DNA from: Octopus bimaculoides
Taxonomy: Eukaryota
Length of the DNA: 58,374 nt
Assembly (NCBI RefSeq): GCF_001194135.2
Contig: NC_068990.1
Coordinates: forward strand, 63,589,666 to 63,648,039
Reading direction: 5' to 3'
This document shows positions 12,689-24,930 of the stretch, piece by piece (positions within the stretch are counted from its first letter, which is position 1; each line of letters starts with the position of its first letter). The notes below the pieces were generated by a model. It was not told where the DNA came from, did no database searches, and saw only the letters and a program-made list of their open reading frames with translations. Both the position numbers and the translations under genes were made by a program.

Positions 12689-12777
12689 AACTTCACTTTG
12701 CTTAAATTCTACAAACAAACTGCTTTTCTCTCTTACCATTTTATACAATAAGGGCTGTTGTGATTTACTGCTGCCAG

Positions 12778-12880
12778 TGTACAGGTAGAAGCTGGGAAGT
12801 TGTTTGCTATGAAGATATTACTGATGAACCAATACACTGGGACTCTGACTGTGGACGCTGCCGGGCTGCTTTAGCGTTGT
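12778..12880 (-). pseudogene. Degenerate duplicate of part of the second coding exon
   Basis: Ungapped 103-bp match to 11564-11666 with 15 mismatches (hand count). Translates NAKAARQRPQSESQCIGSSVISS*QTTSQLLPVH versus NVKAVRQRLQSEFQSIGLPVMSSRQTTSQLPPVH; in-frame TAG. Confidence 0.8.
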
Positions 12881-14501
12881 GGCATTTAGCTCATCAAATG
12901 ACACTCATTTGGATCTCTAACTCTAACTCTAGATTTTTCTGCTGTTGTTCTTGCTGTTTTTCAATAATATTTAGTTTGATATTGATTCCATAAATTTGTT
13001 CAGTTTTTAACATTTGGAAATATTCCACAACTTTACAGGCTTGTAGGTAGCCCAAAAACGATACTATGAAACGATACTCTAAGATGTTCTAAAACGTATG
13101 TTTAAGCTTTGCTGAAGTAAATAATTATTTTATTTAAAAAATCTTTTGTCCTTGTCTGACTTTCTTTAATTACTGTCACAATATGATCTTTTGTATAGTC
13201 ATTAATCATTACATTCATTTAAAAATACGATTTGGTGACATAACAATAAACTTTCTACTTATAAGTAACATTTGTATAAAGGTTATTTTTAAAATAGAGA
13301 TCGAAATTAAACTAAGTATAATTATTGCTTGCAATAATTTTATCTGGTGTCAAGCAGAAATGTCGCAAATATGTGCCATAAACGTTTTACTGTTGCGTTT
13401 TTTCTTTCTTATGTAATGATAAATATTTAAGGAAACATTTCAGCATTAAACAGATTCTGTATCACCGTCATGTATTGACTACTCGTTCATTAAATTTTCC
13501 TTTCATTTCCTTCAAAAGTAGAATGCTTATCGTTATGTAGAGTAGTCGAAAAGACAAAAGGTTCAAGAACATCTTGACAAGCTTCAAAAAGGAATTCTGG
13601 AAATATGAGGAGACAGTCAAACAGAATTAATCTAACACCAAACCTTATTTCTAGATCGACACGCATGATTTACGTATAATACCAGACCTAAATGAAACTC
13701 CACCTGAAATAGAACATCTAATTAAATTTAAAAAGGTAGAGGAGGTCGTGCAAGAAAGCATTTGGATTTGTATATTTTTGTGGGGAATATGCGAGTCGAG
13801 AGAATAAGTAAAAGCCAGTAATATGATTTGAAACGATGCAAGATTTCTTTTCAAAGGGTAATTGGAGTCACTAGGCTGCAGTCTAATGATTGAAAAGATA
13901 ATAAAAGATAAGTGATACTGTGTGTGTGTGTGTGTGTGTTTATCTGATTTTTATGAACCTAAAATATAGAACGCAGTGTTTCTTGATTTCTTGTTTGCTA
14001 CATTAGTTCCTGTTTGCTATATCATTTCAGTTTTCTATTACTATTTATATTTTTGAGGCATGAAACAGATATTTGGACTGCATTATGTTATCTGAATGTC
14101 CATAAAATTCTATTTCAGAAATCCAACCATCTAATGATTTGAAGATATTTGTATTACATAAAAAAGCAACATCGATGCATGTAAATTCCTGCATAAAACT
14201 TGAGATATTCTATATAATATTACCTTTCATTTATACAAAGCTTATACTAGTTGTATGTATTACAGAGATGCTGACATGTTACAGACAGAGAATGTTCTTT
14301 CAATGTCTTCTATTCTTTTGAAGTGGCATGGACTGCATGTTGGTTTCAAAGATTTATAATAAGTCTCCAGGCATTATTTAAACGGCTGGAGTATTGTTTA
14401 AATTTTCACGTACTCACATACATAATGTATTTTGACTCTACATCTCTCGCTCTTTTCCTTCTCTCTCCCACTCTCTCTCTCTCTCACTCTCCTTCTCTCT
14501 T

Positions 14502-14551
<50 letters not shown>

Positions 14552-15205
14552 AGAGAGAAAGAGAGAGAGAGAATTTGACAGAGAAGGAAACGAGAGAAAG
14601 GGACATCGTATCAAGCTAAAAAGAGAATTAAAGTGCATGAGAAACAGTGCGAAACAATATTAGAACGGCTCATCAAATTTGCCACTTGGTGGAGCGAAAG
14701 ACAAATATCTCTTGTAATTCGCTTCAATAGGATCTTTCGTCTTGAATAAAACAACAGCTACGAAATCCTGACATAATTCTGCCAACTTGGAATAAACGCT
14801 GTATCATACCAATATCCAATAGGGTTTATTTTCTTGTATTGCTCACATAATGAGCAAATTTGACTATTATTTATTTAGTAAATCATTTTTTATACCTTTG
14901 GGCTGTTTAACCACAAAGCATTTTATAACGTGATATTTCCTTATTCAGACAATTGCTTACCAGGATATTTTAAAAATCCATTTGTAAATCATTAATTGAC
15001 TTTATAAATTACTGGGATATACAGATGAGCAATTATTTATGTTTACACCCCTACAATATTTAATAACGTTTAACGATACAGAATGATGCACGCGCCCAGT
15101 TTTCCATGTGAACAACATGATATAATGCTTACCAATCCATTGCAATCCCTAGTTAATTTAGTTACGTAATATATGTTGCTTAATTAAATATAAATCAAAA
15201 CTTAC

Positions 15206-15581
15206 TTTCTTTCGGATTGTTAATGGAGCCCTGAGAAAGTGCTTCAGGCGTTGAAGATTCGACCATTTCATTGTATTCAGCCATGTTAGTATCAATATGA
15301 AGTACACTTGTCCGCGCCTGAGCAGACACTGTCTGTTCTCGCGATATTTCCAGTAACTTCTTTTGTAAATGGTCGCTTTTTGCTACAGGAGCAGTTCCAC
15401 TTTGAATTTTGTTACGGAGACGCTTTGTCTCAAATGAAATATCTCGAAATGTTACTTTCTGAGCACGTTCGACATCCTTCAATTCACGGCTAAGTCGATT
15501 GTCCGCACGTACATTATTTCTCAAAATGGTATCATCGTATTCTGATCTGGACACTGAACCGTACTTCTTGCGGTTTGACAT
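15206..15581 (-). CDS. First coding exon of a putative host gene (233 aa in total); N-terminal predicted coiled coil, weakly CCDC190-like
   Basis: Non-repetitive open frame MSNRKKYGSVSRSEYDDTILRNNVRADNRLSRELKDVERAQKVTFRDISFETKRLRNKIQ...NPKE. ATG at 15581-15579; donor A|GTAAGT at 15205 (376 nt, phase 1); upstream acceptor TTATTTCAG| at 15697 gives a full exon of 15696-15206. Family resemblance is from memory only. Confidence 0.7.
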
Positions 15582-16800
15582 TTTCTCCAAATAACGTTTC
15601 TGATGGGAGTATATTTTTTTGTGTTTTATCTGAATTTGTTCAAAGGGTGTTTTAAGATATCACGTTCTGTAGTTGTGAAAGAGAACCACATTTCTCCTGA
15701 AATAAATATAAGTAAAAATTTTTTAAATTTAAGTATCCATAAATTAATTGAGCAAAATGCTCGCTGCAAAGAATATTAAAAGTATTAATAGTTTACTTTT
15801 CTCCTTACGTAAACAGTACTTACCCTAATCCCAATTGTCCGTCTAATCAACAATTTTATTGATTTCAGAGAAGCTGGAGATGTGACTTTTAATGTTTATT
15901 CCTAATTCTCTGATATTACGCTGTGATTTTAAACATTTTAAGTCAACAAACATATTTTCATGTCTTATGATTTTGTTTTTTTTTCTGTAGAAATATGTAG
16001 AAAATCAGTAATACAAATTATGAAACTTGAGCCCATTCAGATTTTCAGCATAGTACATGCATACATACATATGTGGTGCGTGTATAATTTCCACAGTTAT
16101 ACATCTCAGTAATTTACTGTCTAAATTATGTAAATTTTCACTTGAAGACCTTCCCTTCATTACTTAGGAAAATACAGTAAAAGTTTATTACACATAAAAA
16201 TATCAAATATAACCGGAGCTGTCTTACTCTGTACAAGGTTGATTCTTTCTTCTATACATGATACAGTGATTAAAATATTGGTTAGTAACTGATAACATCT
16301 ATTCTTTCTCGAATAATTATTTCTAAGAATCTTCTTTAAATTTTTTACAATAAAATGTAGACATTAACTTGGTTATATTTTTCATGTGTCTAGCAATTGT
16401 GAGTGATTTAGCTAACCAATTTATACTCCAAATTGTGCTAATTCCGAAGATACTGTGACTTCAATATTGTACATATACACACTGGCATTTTTTTCATTAT
16501 ATTAGCAAATATATAGGTGCCATTGCTTTCCTGAAGAAGTGTAATAAGACCAAAATATATCCATGTTATGGTAGATGCAAAATAATTTAAGATTTTAATG
16601 ATATTCTATTTCTGATACTGCATAATTATTTAGAATTAAAATGTTAATGCTCAATAAATCGAATACATTAATACTGCGATAGTAATTAATAGATAGGTCA
16701 GAATTTGATTAAATGTGTGTATGTGAAAGTATGCATATATATATATATTATACAATAATAATTACATTTTATTTTAAAAGACAAATATATATATATATAC

Positions 16801-16840
<40 letters not shown>

Positions 16841-16956
16841 GGGAGAATATACAAATAATAACAACAGACGAGGACCGGTGGTGTAAATAACAAAAGTATA
16901 TATTAGTATGACGCTCGGGAATACGGAAAGTCTTTGACGTTTCGAGCTACGCTCTT
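16841..16956 (-). mobile_element. Second copy of the same repeat, embedded in (TA)n on both sides
   Basis: Reverse complement reads AAGAGCGTAGCTCGAAACGTCAAAGACTTTCCGTATTCCCGAGCGTCATACT...; truncated within the hammerhead core. Confidence 0.75.
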
Positions 16957-16972
16957 ATATATATATATATAC

Positions 16973-17015
<43 letters not shown>

Positions 17016-17126
17016 TGTTTTTTATGTATGTATGCATGCGTGCTTATATGTATGAATATATATGTATACATATACATATATACATACATGCATGTTTGTA
17101 TGTATGTATGTATGCATATATGTATG

Positions 17127-17157
<31 letters not shown>

Positions 17158-18120
17158 GCACATACATACCATACCGAAACAAACATTAGTACTAACTCAA
17201 ATATATGCATGCATACATAGCTATAAACACATAATACATAACTAAAATTTATATTGTGTATATGCATGTGTTTCTCTCCATGTTTAATTATATATTCGTT
17301 TTTCGGTATAATATTCTTATAGTCTGTTTCGAGCGATAATGTTCCTAAATTCTTGCTTATCGACCTTTCCAGACTTTTCAAGCGCATTATCAAAGATATG
17401 AAGTAGTGTTGGCTTCTGTATCTAGAGTGGGAAACTTTAATTTATGTAGGCTTTACCTCCAGAATTTGAACGTTAGAGTTTTACTACATCTGGCATGTAT
17501 TTTGGCTCTTAAAGTCACATGTATTAATATTCTTTTTGTCAGCTATATTTTTGCAGATTTTTCTAAAACAGATTTTTTTTTTCATTACATCTTGTGAGGA
17601 TTTAATGTTACTCGCTTGTAGAAATCCCCGTTATAAGGAATAGGATGATATTCTTAGATAATTTATATATTGTTTAAACAATTATGAATACAAAGAAATG
17701 AAATCGTGTGTTATTCGCTTAAATTATGTTATTCGCTTAAACTATGATCTATAGACAAAATTTACATTTTAAAGAATCCGTTATAGAATGCAGATGGGTG
17801 GGGATGAGAAGTAACGTTTATTTTAATTTGCTGATAATTATATGAAACATAGGAATGTATTCCGTTACCGTTTCCAACTGCTGGCAGAAACATGTGCCTA
17901 ATTAGAGAACACTTACAATTATGTTCACTGAACTGGAAACTTGAAGATGTACACGGGATATTTCAGTGGTGTTTTCAATATCTTGTGAGGTAAATTTTGC
18001 TCACGGATATAGCGGATTCATCTCGATGACTTCAGTTCTTTGCAACAGGAATTTAAATGAGATATAATTTGAAGTTGACTTTCAAATAAAGTCATTGTGA
18101 ATAATAGTACTAACAGTGTT

Positions 18121-18198
18121 AGTAGTAGCAGCAGCTGAAGAAGAAGAAGAAGAAGAAGAAGAAGAAGAAGAAGAAGAAGAAGAAGAAGAAGAAGAGGT

Positions 18199-18278
<80 letters not shown>
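18121..18278. repeat. Compound trinucleotide microsatellite (GAA)n-(GCA)n-(GTA)n
   Basis: Directly visible. Confidence 0.97.
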
Positions 18279-19244
18279 ACTAAGATAGGTATTCAAATTT
18301 CAACTTCCCTTTAAAACTAAATACATCTAAATACTAAATGTATCTCGTTCACAATAATCAAAAGAGATAGCCGTATAATTGAGAAAAACGTTAGCGTATT
18401 ATTTATTTAGAGTAAGCTTACATTTTCCTAAAAATGTAAAGAAATTAGCGGTTTTTAACTAATGAGAATATCTGCAAGATGGAATCTAAACTTTTATTCC
18501 ATGCAAAATTTCTTATCAACGATCATATATTGATTGTTTTTTCATCGCTATTTGATTATTTTAAATAGATAAAGAGAGATATGTGATGTCAGTTCATGTT
18601 TTAACAATGAATACTTAACTTAATAATTTAAGGTTATTTTCTCGTTTACGTTATTTTCTTATTCAAATTTAACGATGGTTTTAAAATAGAAATAAAGGAA
18701 ATTCAATATTGTAAATTTTTTCTTCAAAAATGATTTAGATAAAGCGAAATTCCCATATATTTAAAGCATAACATTTTTATACGATTATATATTTTTACAT
18801 TTAACCAATCATACACTGGTTTCGTTGCACTGCTATTTTTGTAATCTAGTATTTTCCTAAGTTGAAGGAAATGTTTTGTAATTAATCTATCATATATATC
18901 CATTAGCGTGTTTTAGTGTATTTTTATTCAAATATCACGCGCTTGCTGACAAAAATTACCTATAATTATATTTTCAACATTTATATCACTGAATTTATAC
19001 AAGTATTTGATATAAGCAACTCGCTGTAACTATATACTTACACAAGGAACTTTCAGAACTCTATACTTCTAATAAATTTCTATTAGTAATCGATAAAAAA
19101 CACTTGTAATATAGATACATTTTTCATATATTCATATATTTAAAGCTATATATTTACCATTACTACCAATCGTACAAATCACCATTCACTCGATGATTTT
19201 ATATTCTGTTTATATCAATTTTATTGCATATTTTATTATACAGT

Positions 19245-19462
19245 AAGGCGATGAACTTTCGGAATCGTTTTAGCGTTCAAAAAATTACTTAGCAGTACTT
19301 GTTGCAGAATTTTTACGTTCTGTGTTCAAATCTTGCTGTGATCAATTTCGTCTTTCATCTTTTCGGGATCGATAAAATAAAGTATCAGTCAAATATAGAG
19401 ATCGAGGGTACCGACTATACCCCTCCTCTCAAAATTAGTGGCCTTGTGCTTTCACTAGAAAC
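19245..19462 (+). mobile_element. SINE family A, divergent
   Basis: AAGGCGATGAACT head, GATCGATAAAATAAAGTA core, GGCCTTGTGC tail. Confidence 0.75.
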
Positions 19463-20147
19463 CCTTTTATGTATATATACAATATATTCTGAGTATATTA
19501 TGTGTTAATTTTCTTGTGCTCACTTAGTTAAATTTACTCCCTCTTTTACATATTTTTAGCGTCAACTATATTATTCTCTCGCCAACAGTGGTATCATAAT
19601 ACCCCTTAACTTAGCTGGTAGTTTTATAATTAGAAGGGAAGAATGTGGTTTAGCACCAAAATCTTGGTAATTACAATTCTAAAAACTGTATATACTACAC
19701 TATAAATATCTGTTCCATTTTTCATGCGACATTGCTTTATTATATCTCTCTTCCTTTCATCAAGAAGCTATTACTTGTAATAAACTACTGGGCATCGCAT
19801 TTTTTACTCTACTGAAGATATTTTTCTTGTGCGTGTCTGGCTTCCTATCACTGTATAACGTCTGTTGTCATCTACTGAATGCTATTAACTATACTTCGAA
19901 TGCCTACGTTATCTGTTATTAAGTCAGTTGTCAGCAATGACCCATCAGACCTACAATCTAAACTGTTCCAGCGATGAATATTATTTCTTTTATTAAAGAA
20001 ATGGATCCAGAATTAATTTTTGTAAAGAAAGTGAGATATGATTAGACGGAGATTTTGCTTCTATTTCCAGCAAATCGAGGGACCATATAGAACCTCTGTT
20101 GTTGAGCCAAAGTGGTAATATGTAATGGTACTCTTTACCAAGACAAT

Positions 20148-20377
20148 AAGGCAGCGAGCTGGCAGAATTGTTAATGCATCGGACAGAATGCTTAACGGCA
20201 TTTCTTCTAGATCTTTATCATTACGTTCTTATTTCAAATGCCGCTCGAGTTTAACTTTGCCTTTCATCCATTACGAACAGTACGAATAAGTACTAGTTAA
20301 GTACTTCGGGTCGACGTAATCAATTAATTCCACCCCCTCCTAAAATTGCTGGTCTTGTATCATAATTTGAAACTATT
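20148..20377 (+). mobile_element. SINE family A
   Basis: AAGGCAGCGAGCTGGCAGAATTGTTAA head to AATTTGAAACTATT tail. Confidence 0.8.
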
Positions 20378-21063
20378 GTCCTCTCATTAATAACATTCTT
20401 CCCTTTACTTGTTTCCAGCCTTCAAACTTCAATCCCCAGAAAAAATATAATGATAGCAACAGTTATTTGCTTTAACTAAAAAAAGAAAAATAGAAACTGA
20501 CAAAAATCCTATGCAAATTCCATATCATATTATACGATTACTATGATGCCCAGAACATTCTAATATTAGCTAAATCCAAATAGTTGCTTAAGAAATCAAC
20601 TGTCGTATAAATTAGTATCAGACTATAATTATATACACAGAAGATATTAGTGCATTTGGTGTTTTACATTGCACTCTACGTAATCATACTTGTACACGAA
20701 ATGTACAGCACATTTTCGAGCGTACAAGTAAGCAGAAGAATTCTTAGTCTCAAACACGCGGACGAATTCTTAATTTCATTGTGTTAGTAAAGACGTGTAA
20801 TCCCCAAAGATAAATTACAACAAAAACAAATAAAACAGTTTTAGAAAATTTTGTTAGTCATAAAATTCTTAAAATTTGAGGCACTAGCTACTAGTATCCC
20901 TTAGTAATGTTTATAGGGTAGAAGGATGTTCTCGACGAAAGAGTGAACGGATCCGTTATATTTTCATCTGTGGTCATTTTACGTTACACGCAGCATATAT
21001 AAGATTTAAGACACTTCTTTTTAGCTTACTTTCCCGAACTCTACCTATTATTGTTTCTAAGAA

Positions 21064-21276
21064 AATATTGATTCAAATTTTTGCACAAGTAAGTTCAGTG
21101 GGGTGGTTAGTCATTTACATCGACCCCATTGCTCGACTGGTACTTATTTTATTGACTTTCAAGAGGATGAAAGGCAAAGTCGATCTCGGTGATATTTGAA
21201 CGCAGAACGTTAAGACAAAGGAAATGCCGCTAAGCATTTTGCCTGGCGGGCTAACGCTCCTTCCCCCTCACTGCCT
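21064..21276 (-). mobile_element. SINE family A
   Basis: Reverse-strand copy; TSD-like GTTTCTAAGAAAATATT (21053-69) and GTTTCTGAGAAATGTT (21279-94). Confidence 0.85.
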
Positions 21277-22781
21277 CTGTTTCTGAGAAATGTTGTAAAT
21301 AGAGAGTTAATATAGTCGATTCAGAATATGTGCATGACCATCAATCCAACAACCATCTGAGTGAAACAAACGTTATAATAAAAATAAAGCTCATACGTTC
21401 TAGTCAATGCCAGAGAGTAATGAGTCGATATTATTAAAGCGTCTACATATTCAGAGGTCAATGATTTATGTTTCTTAGGAAAGAGAAGGCGACAAATGCC
21501 AAAGAAAAGAATAAGGTTGATATTCATTAATGTAGGAAAAGCACGTTCAACTCTGCTGGAGAATTTACTTGCAAACATGAGAAATGACACTTTATAGTAT
21601 AAGAGTCTTCTAAAACAAACAACACTTTCTTTCACACATTAAGTTTTTATTTTTGTTGTTTTTTTTTTGTTGTTTTTTGCTGTTGTTTTTTTTTGTGATT
21701 TCTTTGCATAATCTCCGCTGAGAAGATTTGCACTAGCCATACATTGTCAAAATAGTCCGTGTAGTCAGTCAACACAAAGCATATCTCGAAAATATTTATT
21801 ATCCCTTACTGTTGCTCTTCCAATACTTCTTATATTTTTTCAGTGTTTTGTATATGTAGTAAGCATAAAATGCTAAGGACATTTAGGGCTTTTCTATGGG
21901 TATAAGTGATTTAAAATAAACGCCATACCTCATCTAGTAATGACTGGAATATACTTCCAAAAGATTTACTCACGATGACATCAACAGAAATGTTTCAAAG
22001 CATTTTGGAAATGTACATGTTAGAATTATCTGATATCATACCAGACGTTTTACATATTACATTAATATTTATATTTAAAAAATGTTGTAAGGTATACAAG
22101 AGGTCAACGTAACATTCTTAGCCTCAGATTTGTAAGCAAACACTTGAGCCAGCACAGCCAAACTTAGAGTTTTGAAAAGTAACCAAAAAAAAATTAATAA
22201 AATTAAACCATATCTAAGAAGTAAATGGTTTCTGATTTCTGTATAGAACAGGGAATCTTTACGAAGATTTTGAAAACAATAAAGGCAGTAATTATGTCGG
22301 TTCAAATTAGCCATTTTACAATACACGCAGTCTTGAAATGCCGCTTTTGCCAACGCCCAGATGGAATTTCAACTCCGAAATTTAAAAGATATAATACACA
22401 CAAATTTTAAGCAAATATCAAAGTGATTTAAAATGATAGGTCTCATAGACAAGAACTGGGAGAAAAAGATTATTCAATTGAGTTTTTACTTCTAAGGCTT
22501 ACACATTTTTACATGAAAATAATATATGAAAAACATACCAAATGTGATTTACGTTCAATGATATGATAATAGTATTTAAGTGGGGTTTTTAGCCTTCTGG
22601 TATAGCATCGCATACACCAAGATGTCACTAGATATTAACATGCAGAAATGGTTCACATCTGAAGCAACTATCATAAAACAAAGAATGAATTGTATTTATA
22701 ACCTCTAGATGATAATATTGTTATGAGCTTATAACAATATATACAGGATGCAGATTGCACCAGTGACCCGGCGGAGAATCT

Positions 22782-23200
22782 GCCTGGGGTTAAAACGGTA
22801 GTAACGTCGAACAGCTATATTGATGTGGCGATAAATATCACTTCTTAGTATAGTTATTGAGATTTTTCTAACTAGCTACTTTGCTTGTTGCAAAATCGGT
22901 GACCGATGATCGCTTATTTTTCTATATATTGCGAGCTGAAGCGAATCCTACTATTTCTAGCAGTCGGGTGCTCACGACTCAACATGGACACAAGTAGCCC
23001 GAAACCGTTCGGTTTCGTGAGCCCATCGCCTGCTGGAGAATTGCAAGGGTTCGCTTCCCTGCTTGCAACATATATGGTGTCCGCCTGGGTTTAAAATGGT
23101 AGTAACGTCGAACAGCAATATTGATGTGGCGATAAATATTCTTAGTATAGTCGCTACTATAATCTCTTATTGACAGTTTTCTAACTAGCTAAATTTGCTT
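22782..23200. repeat. Imperfect direct repeat (22782-22886 and 23083-23200) around a hairpin-rich spacer
   Basis: Shared GCCTGGG.TTAAAA.GGTAGTAACGTCGAACAGC.ATATTGATGTGGCGATAAATAT...TTCTAACTAGCTA. Confidence 0.85.
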
Positions 23201-23207
23201 ATATATA

Positions 23208-23239
<32 letters not shown>

Positions 23240-23416
23240 AGTAATTCACACGCAGCTGATATACACAGCTGACACACATACCCATGAATACCACCCGTAC
23301 CCGTTGGTAGACACACTCTAGAAAACATGCATCTGCACCATCGGGGTTATGCCACCAGCCCTCACTCATATGCCAGCTTGCACGCAAATACTCGCAAATA
23401 TACACACGCTCGCACG

Positions 23417-23449
<33 letters not shown>

Positions 23450-23805
23450 TAACACAGGTGATTGGAAAATTTGTGGGTTTTATTTATTCACCATTACACG
23501 TCTTTCATTTGCTGATAGGAATTACAAAATTGTACGTTTGTTGAAAATATATAAGATACCTCCTATTAGAAATTCTTGGGACAAAGAATCGGACAACACA
23601 AAATCTACACTTGGATGACGTGCATAAGCATATAATTAGTAATCCGTGGCCTTTAGATAGTTAGAGGGGGGAATCAACTAATATAGAAAAGCGAGAGTGG
23701 GATAGAAGATGAAATAATAATAGTATACATATGCACAATTATGCATGTGCACACACATATATACGTATATATAAATATATCATATATACAAGCACATACA
23801 TACAT

Positions 23806-23844
<39 letters not shown>

Positions 23845-23882
23845 CACACACACACAGATATATANNNNNNNNNNNNNNNNNN

Positions 23883-23927
<45 letters not shown>

Positions 23928-23990
23928 GTATGTATATATATATAGTAAGCTGGCGCAAAGGAAAAATGGAAAATCTTAATAGATTACTAC

Positions 23991-24300
23991 GTTCGTCTGA
24001 TAGTCAAAAGACCCTTTTTGTTATTTATTTATGTTGTAATTGTACAATTATTTTCCTGCTGTTGTTTGGCCGAAAGGCGTTTGTCCATTGTATTCGTATA
24101 ATTCTTTTTCTGTTGCACTTGCATTATTATTTCATAACGTTTTGTTCGTCCGATAGTCGAAAGACCCTCTCTGTTATTCATTTATCTATATTCGTATATG
24201 TACAATATTTTCCCCTTCTCGTGTATAGTCGCAAGGCGTTCTGTTGTACTTCTATAATTCTAGCCTTCTCGTTTTTGCTAACGTTCTTGTTTTGGTTCGT
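23991..24300. repeat. Diverged ~153-bp tandem duplication
   Basis: GTTCGTC(T/C)GATAGTC(A/G)AAAGACCCT recurs at 23991 and 24144 with similar downstream sequence. Confidence 0.7.
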
Positions 24301-24886
24301 TTGCCTTTCTCAGAGGTTTAATGCTTTTTGCTTAAGTCCCTGGCGCTCGCCGGATTCGAGTAGTCTCGGAGTTAATAGAGAGCGAAACTACAAGGACTTC
24401 CCGGATTCAGACTGAGGAGGAAATCGGCTGCGAACGATCTGTGTATCTTGCTTTGTCCTGTTTGCCGTGTTATCCTATCGTCTATTTTTCCGCATGTGGG
24501 TGTTTTGTTGATTTCCGCCTTATTGTGTTCTTTCTGTCCTACCTTTGATTTGCGTATACAATCATATATATGGCCGCAGTCAAATGAGTGAAACAGGTAA
24601 AGGGATAAAAGAATATATATATATATATATATACACACGTACATACATATATATGACCGAGTCAAATGACTGAAACAAGTAAAAGAATTTGTAATAACTA
24701 CTTAAGAATTCGTCGTCAAAGAATTCTGTATGTTAGTACAATGCTCAACAAGAAGGTAAAAATGCATGTATATATGCATGTACATGTGTGTTTATATAAA
24801 TACATATGTCTGTGTCTGTGCATGTTGAAAGTGTGTGTGTGTGTGTGTGAGAGAGAGATAGAGAGAGAGAGAGAGANNNNNNNNNN

Positions 24887-24930
<44 letters not shown>

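Noticed and set aside
13541-13860. + strand frame SSRKDKRFKNILTSFKKEFWKYEETVKQN*...IDTHDLRIIPDLNETPPEIEHLIKFKK
   Set aside because: Protein-like but broken by stops, no recognisable motif, and antisense to the supported gene.
14660-14800. Minus-strand frame SKLAELCQDFVAVVLFKTKDPIEANYKRYLSFAPPSGKFDEPF* as a middle exon
   Set aside because: The available acceptor gives phase 2, not phase 1, and the frame ends in a stop; its length is within chance.
21321-21635. 104-aa ORF and antisense open frames
   Set aside because: No motif or consistent splice signals.
24355-24400. GTAGTC...GAAACTAC pairing like a type-III hammerhead stem III
   Set aside because: Only 18 nt intervene, with no CUGA box or stems I and II.
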